Source of the DNA: Zootoca vivipara
Taxonomy: Eukaryota
DNA length: 64,000 bases
Direction of reading: 5' to 3'
Assembly: GCF_963506605.1 (NCBI RefSeq)
Contig: NC_083286.1
Coordinates: forward strand, 32,736,001 to 32,800,000
Of the stretch, positions 1 through 10,736 are shown one piece after another. How positions within the stretch are numbered: position 1 is the first letter of the stretch; every line of letters starts with the position of its first letter. The position numbers were made by a program, and so were the translations under genes. Below the pieces are notes generated by a model, which saw only the letters and a program-made list of their open reading frames with translations, did not search any database and was not told where the DNA came from.

Positions 1-1275
1 CTAGGTTCAAGCAAAAGTGATATTCGATCCAAATCCCGTTCTGTATCCAACAGTGCTTAGTGCATTGATCTCATATTGCCTATGCTTGTAAAATGAATAT
101 TTATCCGTATCAAAGTAAATGAGACTGTAAAGAACATGGTCAACATGCATGGGGAAAGAAGGAAACACTGAGCTATACTCAGTTGCTTGGGGTACCATAT
201 AGCAAGCTGAGTATGACCCTCCTTCCCTTTGCTAGTACACGACACTTGGTAGGAAAAAGATTACAACATACAAATCTATCTCAGTTTTCCTGCACCTCCA
301 GGAGATACATGTCAGTGGCTATTTTGTTAAAGTGATCAATGCATTTCAGATATTAACACAAAAACCCTGAAAAACTACCTGCTCTAGCATGTACAGAATA
401 ATAACTTTCCTCTGTAAGTCAGAGTGGCAAACTGGTGCTGCTTCCATAAGTTGCTGGACTGCTATTAGTCCTAGCCAACTTCACCAATATTCAAGGATGA
501 TGAGAGTTATAGTTCTCTGATATCTGTGGACTATAGCCCTGTTGATAAGCCTTAACTGTTACTGGCATTGCCCTTTTCTTTGCCCTCCTGTTTAGTTTCC
601 TGTTTCATGCAGGATGCTAAACTCCTAAGAACAAGGATCTCTCTTCGTAATGGAGAAGCATAATTTGACAAGTACAACGAAGATGCTGCATAAATTCAAC
701 AACAGCAACAAAACCCACTATGAAGCACAGTCTATTCAGTTACAGTTAAGTTTATAACGGATTAAACACTTTAAAAAAAGTTTATACTGGAAAATTGGCA
801 ACTAGTTCTTGTTCTCAGAACTGGCACATCACTCATTCTTTCATGAAAATAAACAGATGACATATTTTTCAATACTTGCCAAAATAAAATTAATTTAGCC
901 ATCAACTTTTTAGTATCTTACATGTCATTTTATTAAATGACTCCTTAAAATATGTTCTGAAGTTGTGGGGTTTTTTTAAGGTACAAGAAGACAATCCAAC
1001 AAGCTGTGTAGGGATGGAAAAAATGATATTGGAGCAGAATTTGGTATAAACACAACCCGATAAGAGAAAATGTAAGAGTTTGAAAATCTTTCAAAACATG
1101 TTTTAGGATGCCTGTAAAATTTAAAAATCCTGTTAAATCAAGAAAAGATGGCACATGTTAACAAATATCTTAGGCTGCTACCAGGCAGATGATTCCTAGT
1201 ACTACTAATCACTGCTCTCCTGCTGTAAACTACCAGAATTGCAGAATACTTTCCTCACTATCAAGGGGTATATAT

Positions 1276-3378
1276 ATATATATTTTTAAATCATAATTTT
1301 TATTGATTTTACAAATTACAAAAAACGGTACATACATGAACACCTTTTCTACCTTCTTCCCGCCCCCCTCCATGGGTCCTCCGCTGCCACAGAAGTATCC
1401 CACGCAGGTGAACAGTCAGAGATGGTCCATTTTATGGTTGGATTTCTGTCCTCCTCCCCCTCCACTGCCCCCAAAGCCCCCCCCTGCCACCAGAGAGCTC
1501 CAGGAAACCAGGGCAGTACGCAGGAAGGCGTCCATCCAACCATCTATTCTCATACCAAAAAAGAGTAAAAAGAAAGAAAAAAAGAGACAAAAAAAGAGAC
1601 AAAAAAGGAAAAACAAAACAAAAATAATCTTTTTTCATTCATAATTAATAAACCATATTTTGTGGGCTTCCCCAACCTCCCCCCTTCCCCGGTTTTCATC
1701 CCTTTTTTATCCTCTTCAACAGTTTCTTATTCTATGAAATAATTACCTTTATACCTTATACTACTTTAAAACTTAGCTATTATCATTTTCACCAAATATC
1801 CAAATCACTGAAAAATCAAACTCCCATTTTTTCTTCCCGTGCCTAATTTCCCCCCCCCCTCTATAAGCCTCCATATTTTCACCTTTTTCCAAAATCAATT
1901 CACTTTTAAACTATAACTATTCCCAATCTAACCTTTCATCCCCAATTTCCGGCTCCAACCCCCCAATCCAGCAAGTTCCGTAGTCAGCAGTCCAGTTTTA
2001 ATCCTAGTAATCCATCCTATTAATCACAACTTCACTTTCCCTTCACCCCACCCCCTTTTTACAGTATTTTGTCATCCAGGCCTCCATACAGCACCCCTGA
2101 GTTTCTTCTCTTCTCTGCTTATTTTTTTCCTCTTCCCTGTGGGCATTCTGGAGTTCCAGTAAATCCAATCGTACCCCCCTCGAAGGAGGGGCACTCCACC
2201 TGACTTTTTGTAGAGTAAAATCATCTTTTTTTCGTGGTGAGCTTCATTTTGTATTATATTGTCACAGTCCTCATCTTCATCTTTTCGTTCCAAATCACAG
2301 TCCCCATCATTGTCAAAATCCTCCAAGTCACTGTCACTGTCATTCTCACACTCGTCTTCCTCAGTTTCAGTAGCTTCATCCTCTAAGAAGTCATATTCTG
2401 CCATCACCATCTGGAATTGTTGCTTTAACTCTTGCTGTTGTGTCTCCTCTTGACATAGTCCTATTCTTACTTCCCACATTATGGTCAAAACAGTCCGCTG
2501 GAACTCAGGCGAATACCTTTTTGTTGACATAGTTCAATCCTGTCAAGGTCAAAACTTGTCAAATGGGGTGGAAAATGGTCACAGTTTATTTTCTCGACTC
2601 CATTTTAACAAGCTGGCTGCATTCTCCAAATCTTATTAGAGATAAAGTTCAAACTCACATTTCAAAAGCATATAAACCAAAAAAAAGGATTTCCAAAAAG
2701 TCCAAAAATAGAAATAAAAATAAAATTCCACTTATAAATCCTGATCAACTCACTGGGTTGTCTGGGCTGCCGGCTCCCGGGGAAAAGAAAGGTCTTTCTT
2801 GATCTTAACCTCTTTCTGCAGGGTATTCACAACCGCAGTCTTTCTCCCCTTTTACCCTGCATCTAGGGGAGATCCTCTTTGATGCCTTTGAGGGAACCTT
2901 TTAAATTGAAATCTTCTATTTACGGCTTCGGGTTTCTATTTACTGTCTCTTAGGTTGCCGGTGTGGGGGGGGGTGGCTTCCTCTTTTTTCCCCTCTCTCC
3001 CAAATCCAAATTATTTTATAGTCCAAATCCAAATCGTGAGATTACTTACACTCTTATTTCCAATCGTTTTTTTTCGGAAGAATCCAGCGTTCTCCGCCTT
3101 TGGCTTGAAGCTTCTCTCCGCTAGGAGAACGTTGTCGCTCAAGATGGCCCCCGCGACTTCTACCCTCCTCGCTCCGGAGCTCTTATTAGAGCTTGCCGGA
3201 GAGTTGGGGAGTCCGGATTGGGGCTCTGCCGAGCAAAATTCGCCCCCGGGACGCTCTTCCCGAGGTTCTAAGGGGCGCAGCTTCGCTCTCGCTGCCCTCC
3301 CCACTCCTAGCAGAGACGGGCCGTCTCGGAGATGAGACGGGACCCCGCCGATCGGCGCTGGCGCTGAACCGGAAGCCC
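1276..3378 (-). mobile_element. Full-length non-autonomous L1-like retroelement (HAL1-like architecture) with a single short ORF
   Basis: The 15-bp direct repeat tcaaggggtatatat flanks it (1261-1275 and 3379-3393). The minus-strand 5' end is GGGCTTCCGGTT followed by a CpG-rich leader. The 3' end has AATAAA and an A/TA-rich tail. No endonuclease or RT motifs are visible. Confidence 0.8.
2072..2530 (-). CDS. 152-aa ORF of the L1-like element (helical Q/E-rich N-terminus, long acidic tract, basic C-terminus); function unknown
   Basis: ATG-initiated uninterrupted ORF at the ORF1 position, after an ~850-nt leader. Contains an acidic tract (EDEATETEEDECENDSDSDLEDFDNDGD...) and an NLS-like stretch (GKRKKISREEKK). 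Confidence 0.5.
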   Translation of the reverse strand: MSTKRYSPEFQRTVLTIMWEVRIGLCQEETQQQELKQQFQMVMAEYDFLEDEATETEEDECENDSDSDLEDFDNDGDCDLERKDEDEDCDNIIQNEAHHEKKMILLYKKSGGVPLLRGGYDWIYWNSRMPTGKRKKISREEKKLRGAVWRPG

Positions 3379-5606
3379 TCAAGGGGTATATATTGTGTCC
3401 TTATACGTGTATACATCCTGCTATATTTCACATTCTAGGCCTGAAGGTGTAACACAGATGCTTTGAGTGAAGAAGGCCTAATTCACCTGGGCAATCTTTT
3501 TTTATTAAAAAAAAATAATCTAATAAACCTGAGCCCCCTAAAAAAAACCTTTTAAATTAGTGCTAAGTGTTTGCTTCTTTTAAAAAGAGATATCCAAGAA
3601 ATGTGAAAAAACAAAGTTTTTCACTGTGGTTTTACAACTCTTCATTTAAGTGCTAATATTTTAATATAAAAAGGGGAAGGGCTTTAGCAGTAATCTAAAA
3701 TTCTAAAAAACAATAAATGTGCTAAAATTGTGACCACTGAAAAGGTAATAGTGAAGGTGTATTGAGCAGCAAAATATTCACCAGCATGGTATGTCACTGC
3801 ACATATCAAAACCCTACCCAGTTACAAAGAAGAGTTGTGCTAGGATTGTCTACACCTGAGGATTGTGCTCCTCTTCTATTCATTAAAAAAAAGGTGGCAG
3901 GCAGATACCCAGGAAAGGGCTGTTACTCAGACTCTTATTCCATGTCTCCACAGAAATTCAAACACTCAACGTGCACCATAGAAAATTCTGAGGTCATATA
4001 AAGTGGGGGGGGGGCAAGTAGCTGTGTTTATCCCCTGAAGCAATAGTAAAATGGAACTTCCATCAAAAGAGCAGAATGGGGTGACTTTAAACTTCTGGGT
4101 GCCAATGACCATCTCTAGACCTGAATACTTCCAAACTCTATGTCAGCAGGACTGCATTATGATGGAAACAAGAACTTTGAGGGCAAAACATGTTCAGCAA
4201 TAATGGCGCTTATGATCTTCTCTACTGATACTCCAAAAGCTTTTCCAGAAGTTCTATTCAGTGTTCTATAGCAACTGTTGATATTTCACAATAAAAAAAC
4301 TTAGCAGCCTTCTGTTAAACTATACTGAACACAACCTCTTCTGTTTAACAGAATTCTCCAGTATGTCTAAGAATAGCTACCCACACATGACTCAAGTATT
4401 AAGATATAAAACTTCCCTACCACAATGTCACTTTGCTGTGCTTCAGCACCACTACATCAAAACCCTCCAGAAAGTTAAGAATCTCTTTCCTTTAAGAAAA
4501 AAATACCACACCATTAACATACTTGGTCATTTTAGAAATAATGTTTATTGAAATTAAGTGATGCAATGGACAGAATTACTGTTGTACTATAAAGAACATG
4601 TCTTTTGGGTTCTTAACCACACAATGAAAAGAATAACAGCTGGATTAAGGTAAAAATAGTGCAATTTGATGCTGATATTTCAGAGGTGTGGACAAGATGG
4701 TACCTGTTCACATGAAATACATGACATAGCACTGAAATATCTTCAGAGTTCATAGCGAGGGAACTAAGCCTACAATGATGTGGTTCTGAGGAAGAGAACT
4801 TTTGCAACCCCGATGGCAGAAATCCTGGAGATGCCAGGGATTTTAAGCTCCTGTCACACATGAAATCACATTGCACTTTCCCCAAAGGGAATTATCACTA
4901 AAACTTTTATGAACTAGGCCAATTTATTTACTTATGTATAAACACTTTCATCAAGGATATTCATGAACAGGGCCACTAATCTAGTGTCACACATTTTACT
5001 AAATAAATTACACAAAGGAGTCAGCGAGTTTGGTAAGAATGTGAATTAGGAATTGATTGATCAATCAATTAATTAATTAATTTCTGATCCATATCAGTTT
5101 TACACATGTTCATTCATACATCCATTCTGTCCTGCTTCTTTATCTGTGATTTTTTAAAATAATTGCATGAAAATTGACATTTTGAACCTATTTATCAACA
5201 TATTTATTTTGTACACATTTTGGTACTTTTTTGAGGTAAGTAGTGTGACACGGAGAAGTACAAAAAGTACAAGTAAAACTGTACATATATTAGATGTGAT
5301 GTGAATCAAGTTGGTTCACTAAAAATGTAGACCAAATGAAATCCTCAAGCGCCTCTAATGTAAACAAGCCTTTTCTGTGTAATAATGCTGCTGCCTTCTT
5401 GGCTACAGAATAAATATCAAAAGCAAACCTTACTAGAATACTCTATCCAGTTCTAGGAACCACAATTTAAGAAGGATACCAACAAGCTGGAATGTGTGCA
5501 AAGGAGGGTGACCAAGATGATAAACAGTCTGGAAGCCAAGCCTTATGAGGAACAGTTGAGGGAATTGGGTATATTTAGCCTGGAAAAGTGGGGACTGAGA
5601 GGAGAC

Positions 5607-5826
5607 AGAATCATAGAGTTGAGAGGGACCCTCAGGTCCAGCCCCCTGCAATGCAGGAATCCTGTCCCCAGCCATCCCTGGGCATAGCTGCCAAGTTCTC
5701 CCTTTTTTTAAGGGAAATTCCCTTATGCTGAATAGGCTTCCTCGTGAGAAAAGGGAAAACTTGGCAGCTATGTCCCTGGGTGGGCTCAAAACATCAACCT
5801 TCTGGTTAACAGCCAGACGCAGCCAA
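5607..5826 (-). mobile_element. tRNA-derived SINE with CR1-like tail, inserted in the CR1
   Basis: Reverse-oriented CR1-type tail (agaatcatagagttg...cctgcaatgcagg) followed by a reverse tRNA-like head. The CR1 resumes at about 5828. Confidence 0.65.
5683..5772. mobile_element. 90-bp hAT-type MITE
   Basis: TIRs catagctgccaagtt / aacttggcagctatg with an 8-bp TSD tccctggg on both sides. Confidence 0.9.
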
Positions 5827-7004
5827 CTTCAAATATCTAAAAGGCTGTCACATGGAAGATGGAGCAGGTTTACTTTCTCCTGCTGTGGAGGATAGGACCT
5901 GTACCAATGGCTTCAAGTTACAAGAAAGGAGATTCTGACTAAACATCTGGCTAAAAACTTTCTAACAGCAAGACCTGTTTGACAGTGGAACAGACTCCCT
6001 CAGGAGGTGGTGAACTCTCCTTCACTGGATGCTTTTAAGTAGATGTTGGATCCATCTGTCATGGATGCTTTGTTTGAGATTCCTGCATTACAGGGGATTG
6101 GACTAGATGACCCTTGAGATCCATTTCCAACTCTACAATTCTATGATTCTACAACCTAACTTTTTCTCTTGGTATGTATATGGAAATACTATACATATTC
6201 TGCAAATTCCTCTTAAAATTAAGGTATGATCTTTTCTGTTAAATGGTTCCACTGACAGCCCCAGTTTAAGGGGCACATGACTCAGTCTTACAGTCTGCAT
6301 TCATCCCTGATCATCCCTGATCCATTTGATTCCTCCTGCAACCATTTAAGAATTGCAGCTACTGCACAGGGTAATAGTTACAATCAAAGAATTAGAGAAC
6401 AGAAAAGGGGTTCTATAAATCCCTTTAACACAGCTTGCCAGTAGAACCATCCAACAGAAGTCTAAACACCATCATATATAAACTGTGTATCTATTTTTTC
6501 TTTTCCATTGCAAATTCAATTATTATGCTACTTGCAATGCATAATGCAAAATACTTTCAGCCAAAATATTTGGATGTATGCCACTGAAACCTACAGATTA
6601 TGGACTAAATCACATTTGAGTCCACGTACTTCAGCTTAACTGGATCAGGCAATATAAAAAGTGATTCTGTTTGGAATTATATACACTCAACAGATCTGTT
6701 AAATCATTTAGAAAAATCACTTGTTAGGCATATTCCTTTTGTACAATCAATTTTAAGGATCATAAGGTGCTTTAAAAGCTAATTCTAACAATTATTATAC
6801 ATATTGTTCATACAAGTAGAGGCTATCATAAACTTAGGGGTATTAGTGATTCTAGCTACTTTCAAATGAGAATGAGCCATGGTGAATCTTAATGGTTGAT
6901 TTAAAACAAGTCAGCATCATAAACCATGCACGTATGGTTGGCATATAAGAAAAATGGGAGTTTCTGGGGTGAAATAATTATACATACTCATCTGGTATAC
7001 TTGC

Positions 7005-7260
7005 CTAAGCTGGTGAAGTGAACCACACAAAAGGACTCAAAGTGATAGAAATGGATCCCTCAAGTGCAAACCCATTCCTTAAAGGAAATATAACCCTATC
7101 TAACATTGGAACATTAGAACACACCACTTCCTTAGACAGACGGACTACCCACCCACAAATACTTCCATCTAGAACAAACATTTGATGCCACCTCCAAATT
7201 CTCACTAAAATGCTATCTTATAGGTTTCTTATACCTGTGACCACCTGAGAGCATCCTGGT
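7005..7260 (-). mobile_element. Degenerate L2-like ORF2 fragment
   Basis: Residual peptide PMLDRVIFPL... resembles the L2 'PVLDGVTLPLK..V.SLGV.LD' region; heavily decayed. Confidence 0.4.
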
Positions 7261-7559
7261 ATGAATCAGAATAATATATACAGGACTGCAGAAATTCATG
7301 TTCTTAGTGCCTCAGAAGAAGGCTACCAAGATCACACAATCCACAGTCCTTAAACTTGGGCTATAATCCTAAACACCCTTACTTTTCAGAATGTACCCAT
7401 GAAGTTAGGGGTGTATATTTTCAAGTATTAGCCTGGACTATCATCCAGGTTGTGTATGTATTTCTTTTCTTTTTATTTCATTTTTTAAACAACACTTAAA
7501 ACAAGCAATATAGAATAAAAATTAAAAGTGAAAATGTGGGGGGGGGGGAGAAAGTTATA

Positions 7560-7791
7560 CAGTGGTACCTCGGGTTACAGATGCTTCAAGGTTACAGCCG
7601 CTTCAGGTTACAGACTCTGCTAACCCAGAAATAGTACCTTGGGTTAAGAACTTTGCTTCAGGTTGAGAACAGAAATTGTGCGGCGGCAATGGGAGGCCCC
7701 ATTAGCTAAAATGGTACCTCAGGTTAAGAACAGTTTCAGGTTAAGAACGGACCTCCAGAACGAATTAAGTTCTTAACCCGAGGTACCACTG
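7560..7791. mobile_element. Tc1/mariner (Tigger/pogo-like) MITE
   Basis: TIRs cagtggtacctcgggtta / taacccgaggtaccactg, preceded by TA, with internal caggttaagaac repeats. Confidence 0.85.
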
Positions 7792-8779
7792 TTTTATAAA
7801 CCTATAATAATTATATATATAATTATATATAACCAGGTTGTGTGTCTGATTCATATACTGTATTATTTCTACGCAACTGAGGGCACATATAAGTCTAACG
7901 ATGATCACACTGAAGGAATTCAATAGTCTTGTCAAGGATGTGAAACGATTCTATGATTCTATTTTTCTTCTTCTTGGCAACTTGATGATTTAAAGGCTCA
8001 AGCTGTTCATTCTCATTAGCTTACTCAACCACTAGCTTTGTGTATTCAATTATATATCCCATTATTGATTAAGCCTTAGTGAATATGAGCTCATTTGCTC
8101 AGAACTCTATTTACTCAAGGAAAAGTTTATTACAACTATTCTTAGGTGTAGAAGCCAGGGGTACTGGGGCATTTATTCTGTATCTATTTATGTGAAAGCG
8201 AATGAAAAAGAAATCAAATAGGTTTTCTAGTTGCCAAATGAAAGCAGACATATTTTGTATTTTTATTGCATTATTATTTATTACATTATTGTAAATTTTA
8301 ACCACAGAAATCTCTTTAACAAAGGCTGGATTATCTAGAATTAGTTTTAATTTACATCTAAGTTCTTTATTATCTGAATAGTTTCTGAATCTGTCTAGAG
8401 CAAATTGGTGATGATTCCCTATGAACTCTGTCTCTTCTCCCCATGCTTCTTCATAGTGGCAATTCAATTGCACCACCACAGCAGCAAGAGCATGCTGGAA
8501 TAACCTCAACCAAGCTTATTTGTGCACTATCAGGCACCAAGCAAAGAAAGCAATGGGAGAACACCAAACCATACAGAATGTTGCAGCACTTCCAGAAACT
8601 TCCCCAATGCCTATGGTATGGCAGCACCATCAATTTTCACCAATCACAGAAAGGTATTTTTTCAACACTGAGAAAATACAACCACCCCTTACACAAAGTT
8701 CAAGTGGAAGTTTTCCAAGTCAAAGAATAGGCAAGAGTTAAAAGCACCTGATTTTAGCATGCAAGCACTTTTGACAGGA

Positions 8780-9679
8780 TGTTATTTGCGATCCGAGGAC
8801 CCGCCCCCCGCGAGAAATGAAGACACGGTGACACATGGATTTGAGTTAATGGGTAAAATAAGGCCACAACTTTATTGGGTAGAGCAAGTGAAAGGTATTG
8901 GCTTAGGCATTGGACACCCTAGCAAGCATGACCCCACCCCGCTCTGCTGGGGGTCATATCAGGTTAACACCCCGAGGGAGGAGCCTGTTGATGCAAATAC
9001 AACTGAAAGCTCCCCCTGGTGTCACTGGGGGTTGTGCCATGGCCCTAGTCTCAGCAGGGCATCGGACGGGATCCACGACCGCTGGATCCCTTAAGGCAGG
9101 CATGTCAAACCTGCGGCCCTCCAGATGTTTTGGACTACAATTCCCATCTTCCCCAACCACTGGTCCTGCTAGCTAGGGATCATGTGAGTTGTAGGCCAAA
9201 ACATCTGGAGGGCCGCAGGTTTGACATGCCTGCCTTAAGGGGATACCCCTATAAGAGGAGGGTTGGATGTTGGCCACAACCAGTCCTCAAACACACCAGA
9301 CAGCTCCATATTCCAATGCCTAACCGCCAAATGCCGAAGGAAGTTGTAACGAATTGCTACGAGGTAGGCGAAAAAACCAAGAGGTCGGTGCCAATTAGCC
9401 AAAAGGATAAAAAAAAACTCCTACCAGGCCCCTTGGGCAACCAAGGCAACCAACCGAAGTCCATAGCAAGGTCAAAGCACACACACAAAGGGAAGACCTA
9501 AAGGGAGGGTGGGTGGGAGATCTGTCAGGATGCAGCAGGAGAAGGAGGATTCCCCTGCTGCACAGATTTAAATGTCCGTAAAGCCCGCCCCCAGGCCGGC
9601 CCTATTGGCCAGCCAGAGGCTTGGTGCGGCAGCAGGGATTGGCTGCAGCAGGGGGCCGATACACGCCCCCCTGCTAGCA
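8780..9679 (-). mobile_element. Probable solo LTR; right boundary approximate
   Basis: GC/CpG-rich block beginning TG at 8780. In minus orientation it has two CCAAT boxes, a GC box and a TTTAAA TATA-like box (~9565-9645), then AATAAA (8871-8876) about 90 nt before the terminal CA. No TSD found. Confidence 0.5.
9097..9232. mobile_element. 136-bp hAT MITE
   Basis: Long TIRs caggcatgtcaaacctgcggccctccagatgttttgg with an 8-bp TSD ccttaagg. Confidence 0.95.
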
Positions 9680-10036
9680 CAAAAAAGGCCAGTGGTGCCT
9701 GCCTGCCTGCCTGCCTAGCCTCCCATTTGTCCATTCCCAAGAGCAAGGGCTGGCAGACTAGCTGGCTGGGCTCCCTGTCTTGCTTACTCTGACGCTCCTC
9801 AGTTCCTGACAACCAGCACCCCCAGGCCAGCCCCAGAGGCACCATTCACCTATGGAGCTTGTAGCCAGGGCTGAGGCAACAAACAGCTGTGCAAAGAGTT
9901 GGAGAAGCAGAGACACGAGAGGACATCAGAGGAGGGAGGGAAAGAAAGAGGGACAGAGGCCAGTGTTGCCCGCAGCACTTATGACCATCATTCAAGGCAC
10001 CCTAGGGTGCCACAGCACACTGGTTGAAAACCACTA
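9680..10036. mobile_element. One-ended hAT non-autonomous element remnant
   Basis: Ends in ...gtgccacagcacactggttgaaaaccacta, a hAT-type TIR similar to the element at 49939. The matching left end is not visible. Confidence 0.5.
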
Positions 10037-10638
10037 TTCTAATAAAACCAAGTAAGGCTGGATTAATACATGCTTATTATACCACAGCACTGGCCTCAGC
10101 CAGAATTTGTTTCCCCCTCTTTTTCAGTTAGCTGAAAAGTTCTATTTACAGCAACACAGTTGTAGGTGCTTGTCAACCACAGCAGAAATTAATCTGAATT
10201 TCTATTATATAGAAGGGCAGGTCCAGAGTGAGCCTGTGGCACACATTTCCTGTACCTTTAAATATAGCATTAGAAATGCTTCTCCTGCATGACTATTTTT
10301 ATTCAAAATGGAACTGGGAATTGTTCCACTTACATTGGCTCATAGAAAGAGGTGAATTATCTATTTCAGAACTTCACCTCCATCTGGTCTGTAGAAAGAT
10401 TTTCAGTAGAAACAAAAGAATTAGGAATCATCTATAGCTAGTTGTGCTTAAAACCCGTGTAATAAAGATTGTATAATTATTTCATATTTTACTGCTATTA
10501 ATATTTCTCACATTTAGCAAATGGACTTTTTAGGGTTGATCCTTTTCCCTGGACTAAAAAAGGTGTAGTTTGGGATACTGGTATCCACGATTCAGCTAAA
10601 TTAATTCCATGCTGTAATAGGTGGAAGAAGCCTCTAAC

Positions 10639-10736
10639 CTGTTGTGTAATGGTATCCCAGGGGCCCTGCCAGAGCTGCTCCCTGTAGCATTCATGTACTC
10701 CTTTCCATATTTCATCCAGAGTTAAAGGCCTTCCAT
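10639..10736 (-). CDS. ATG10: ATG10 internal coding exon, 98 bp
   Basis: Minus strand reads tttttttccag|ATGGAAGG...CAACAG|gttag. It translates to (D)GRPLTLDEIWKGVHECYREQLWQGPWDTITQQ, close to human ATG10 DGRPLTLKDIWEGVHECY...QGPWDTITQQ as recalled. Phase is compatible with the 15704-15830 exon. Confidence 0.95.

Larger units (their letters stand above)
5433..6151 (+). mobile_element. CR1 LINE 3' fragment interrupted by a SINE
   Basis: Encodes [34 protein letters not shown], typical of the CR1 ORF2 C-terminus, and ends in an ATTCTATGATTCTA tail. Confidence 0.9.

Noticed and set aside
2955-3438. Overlapping ORFs on both strands
   Set aside because: These arise from the GC-rich 5' leader of the L1-like element, where stop codons are depleted.
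8111-8509. 132-aa minus-strand ORF
   Set aside because: AT-rich, with no recognisable homology or splice support.
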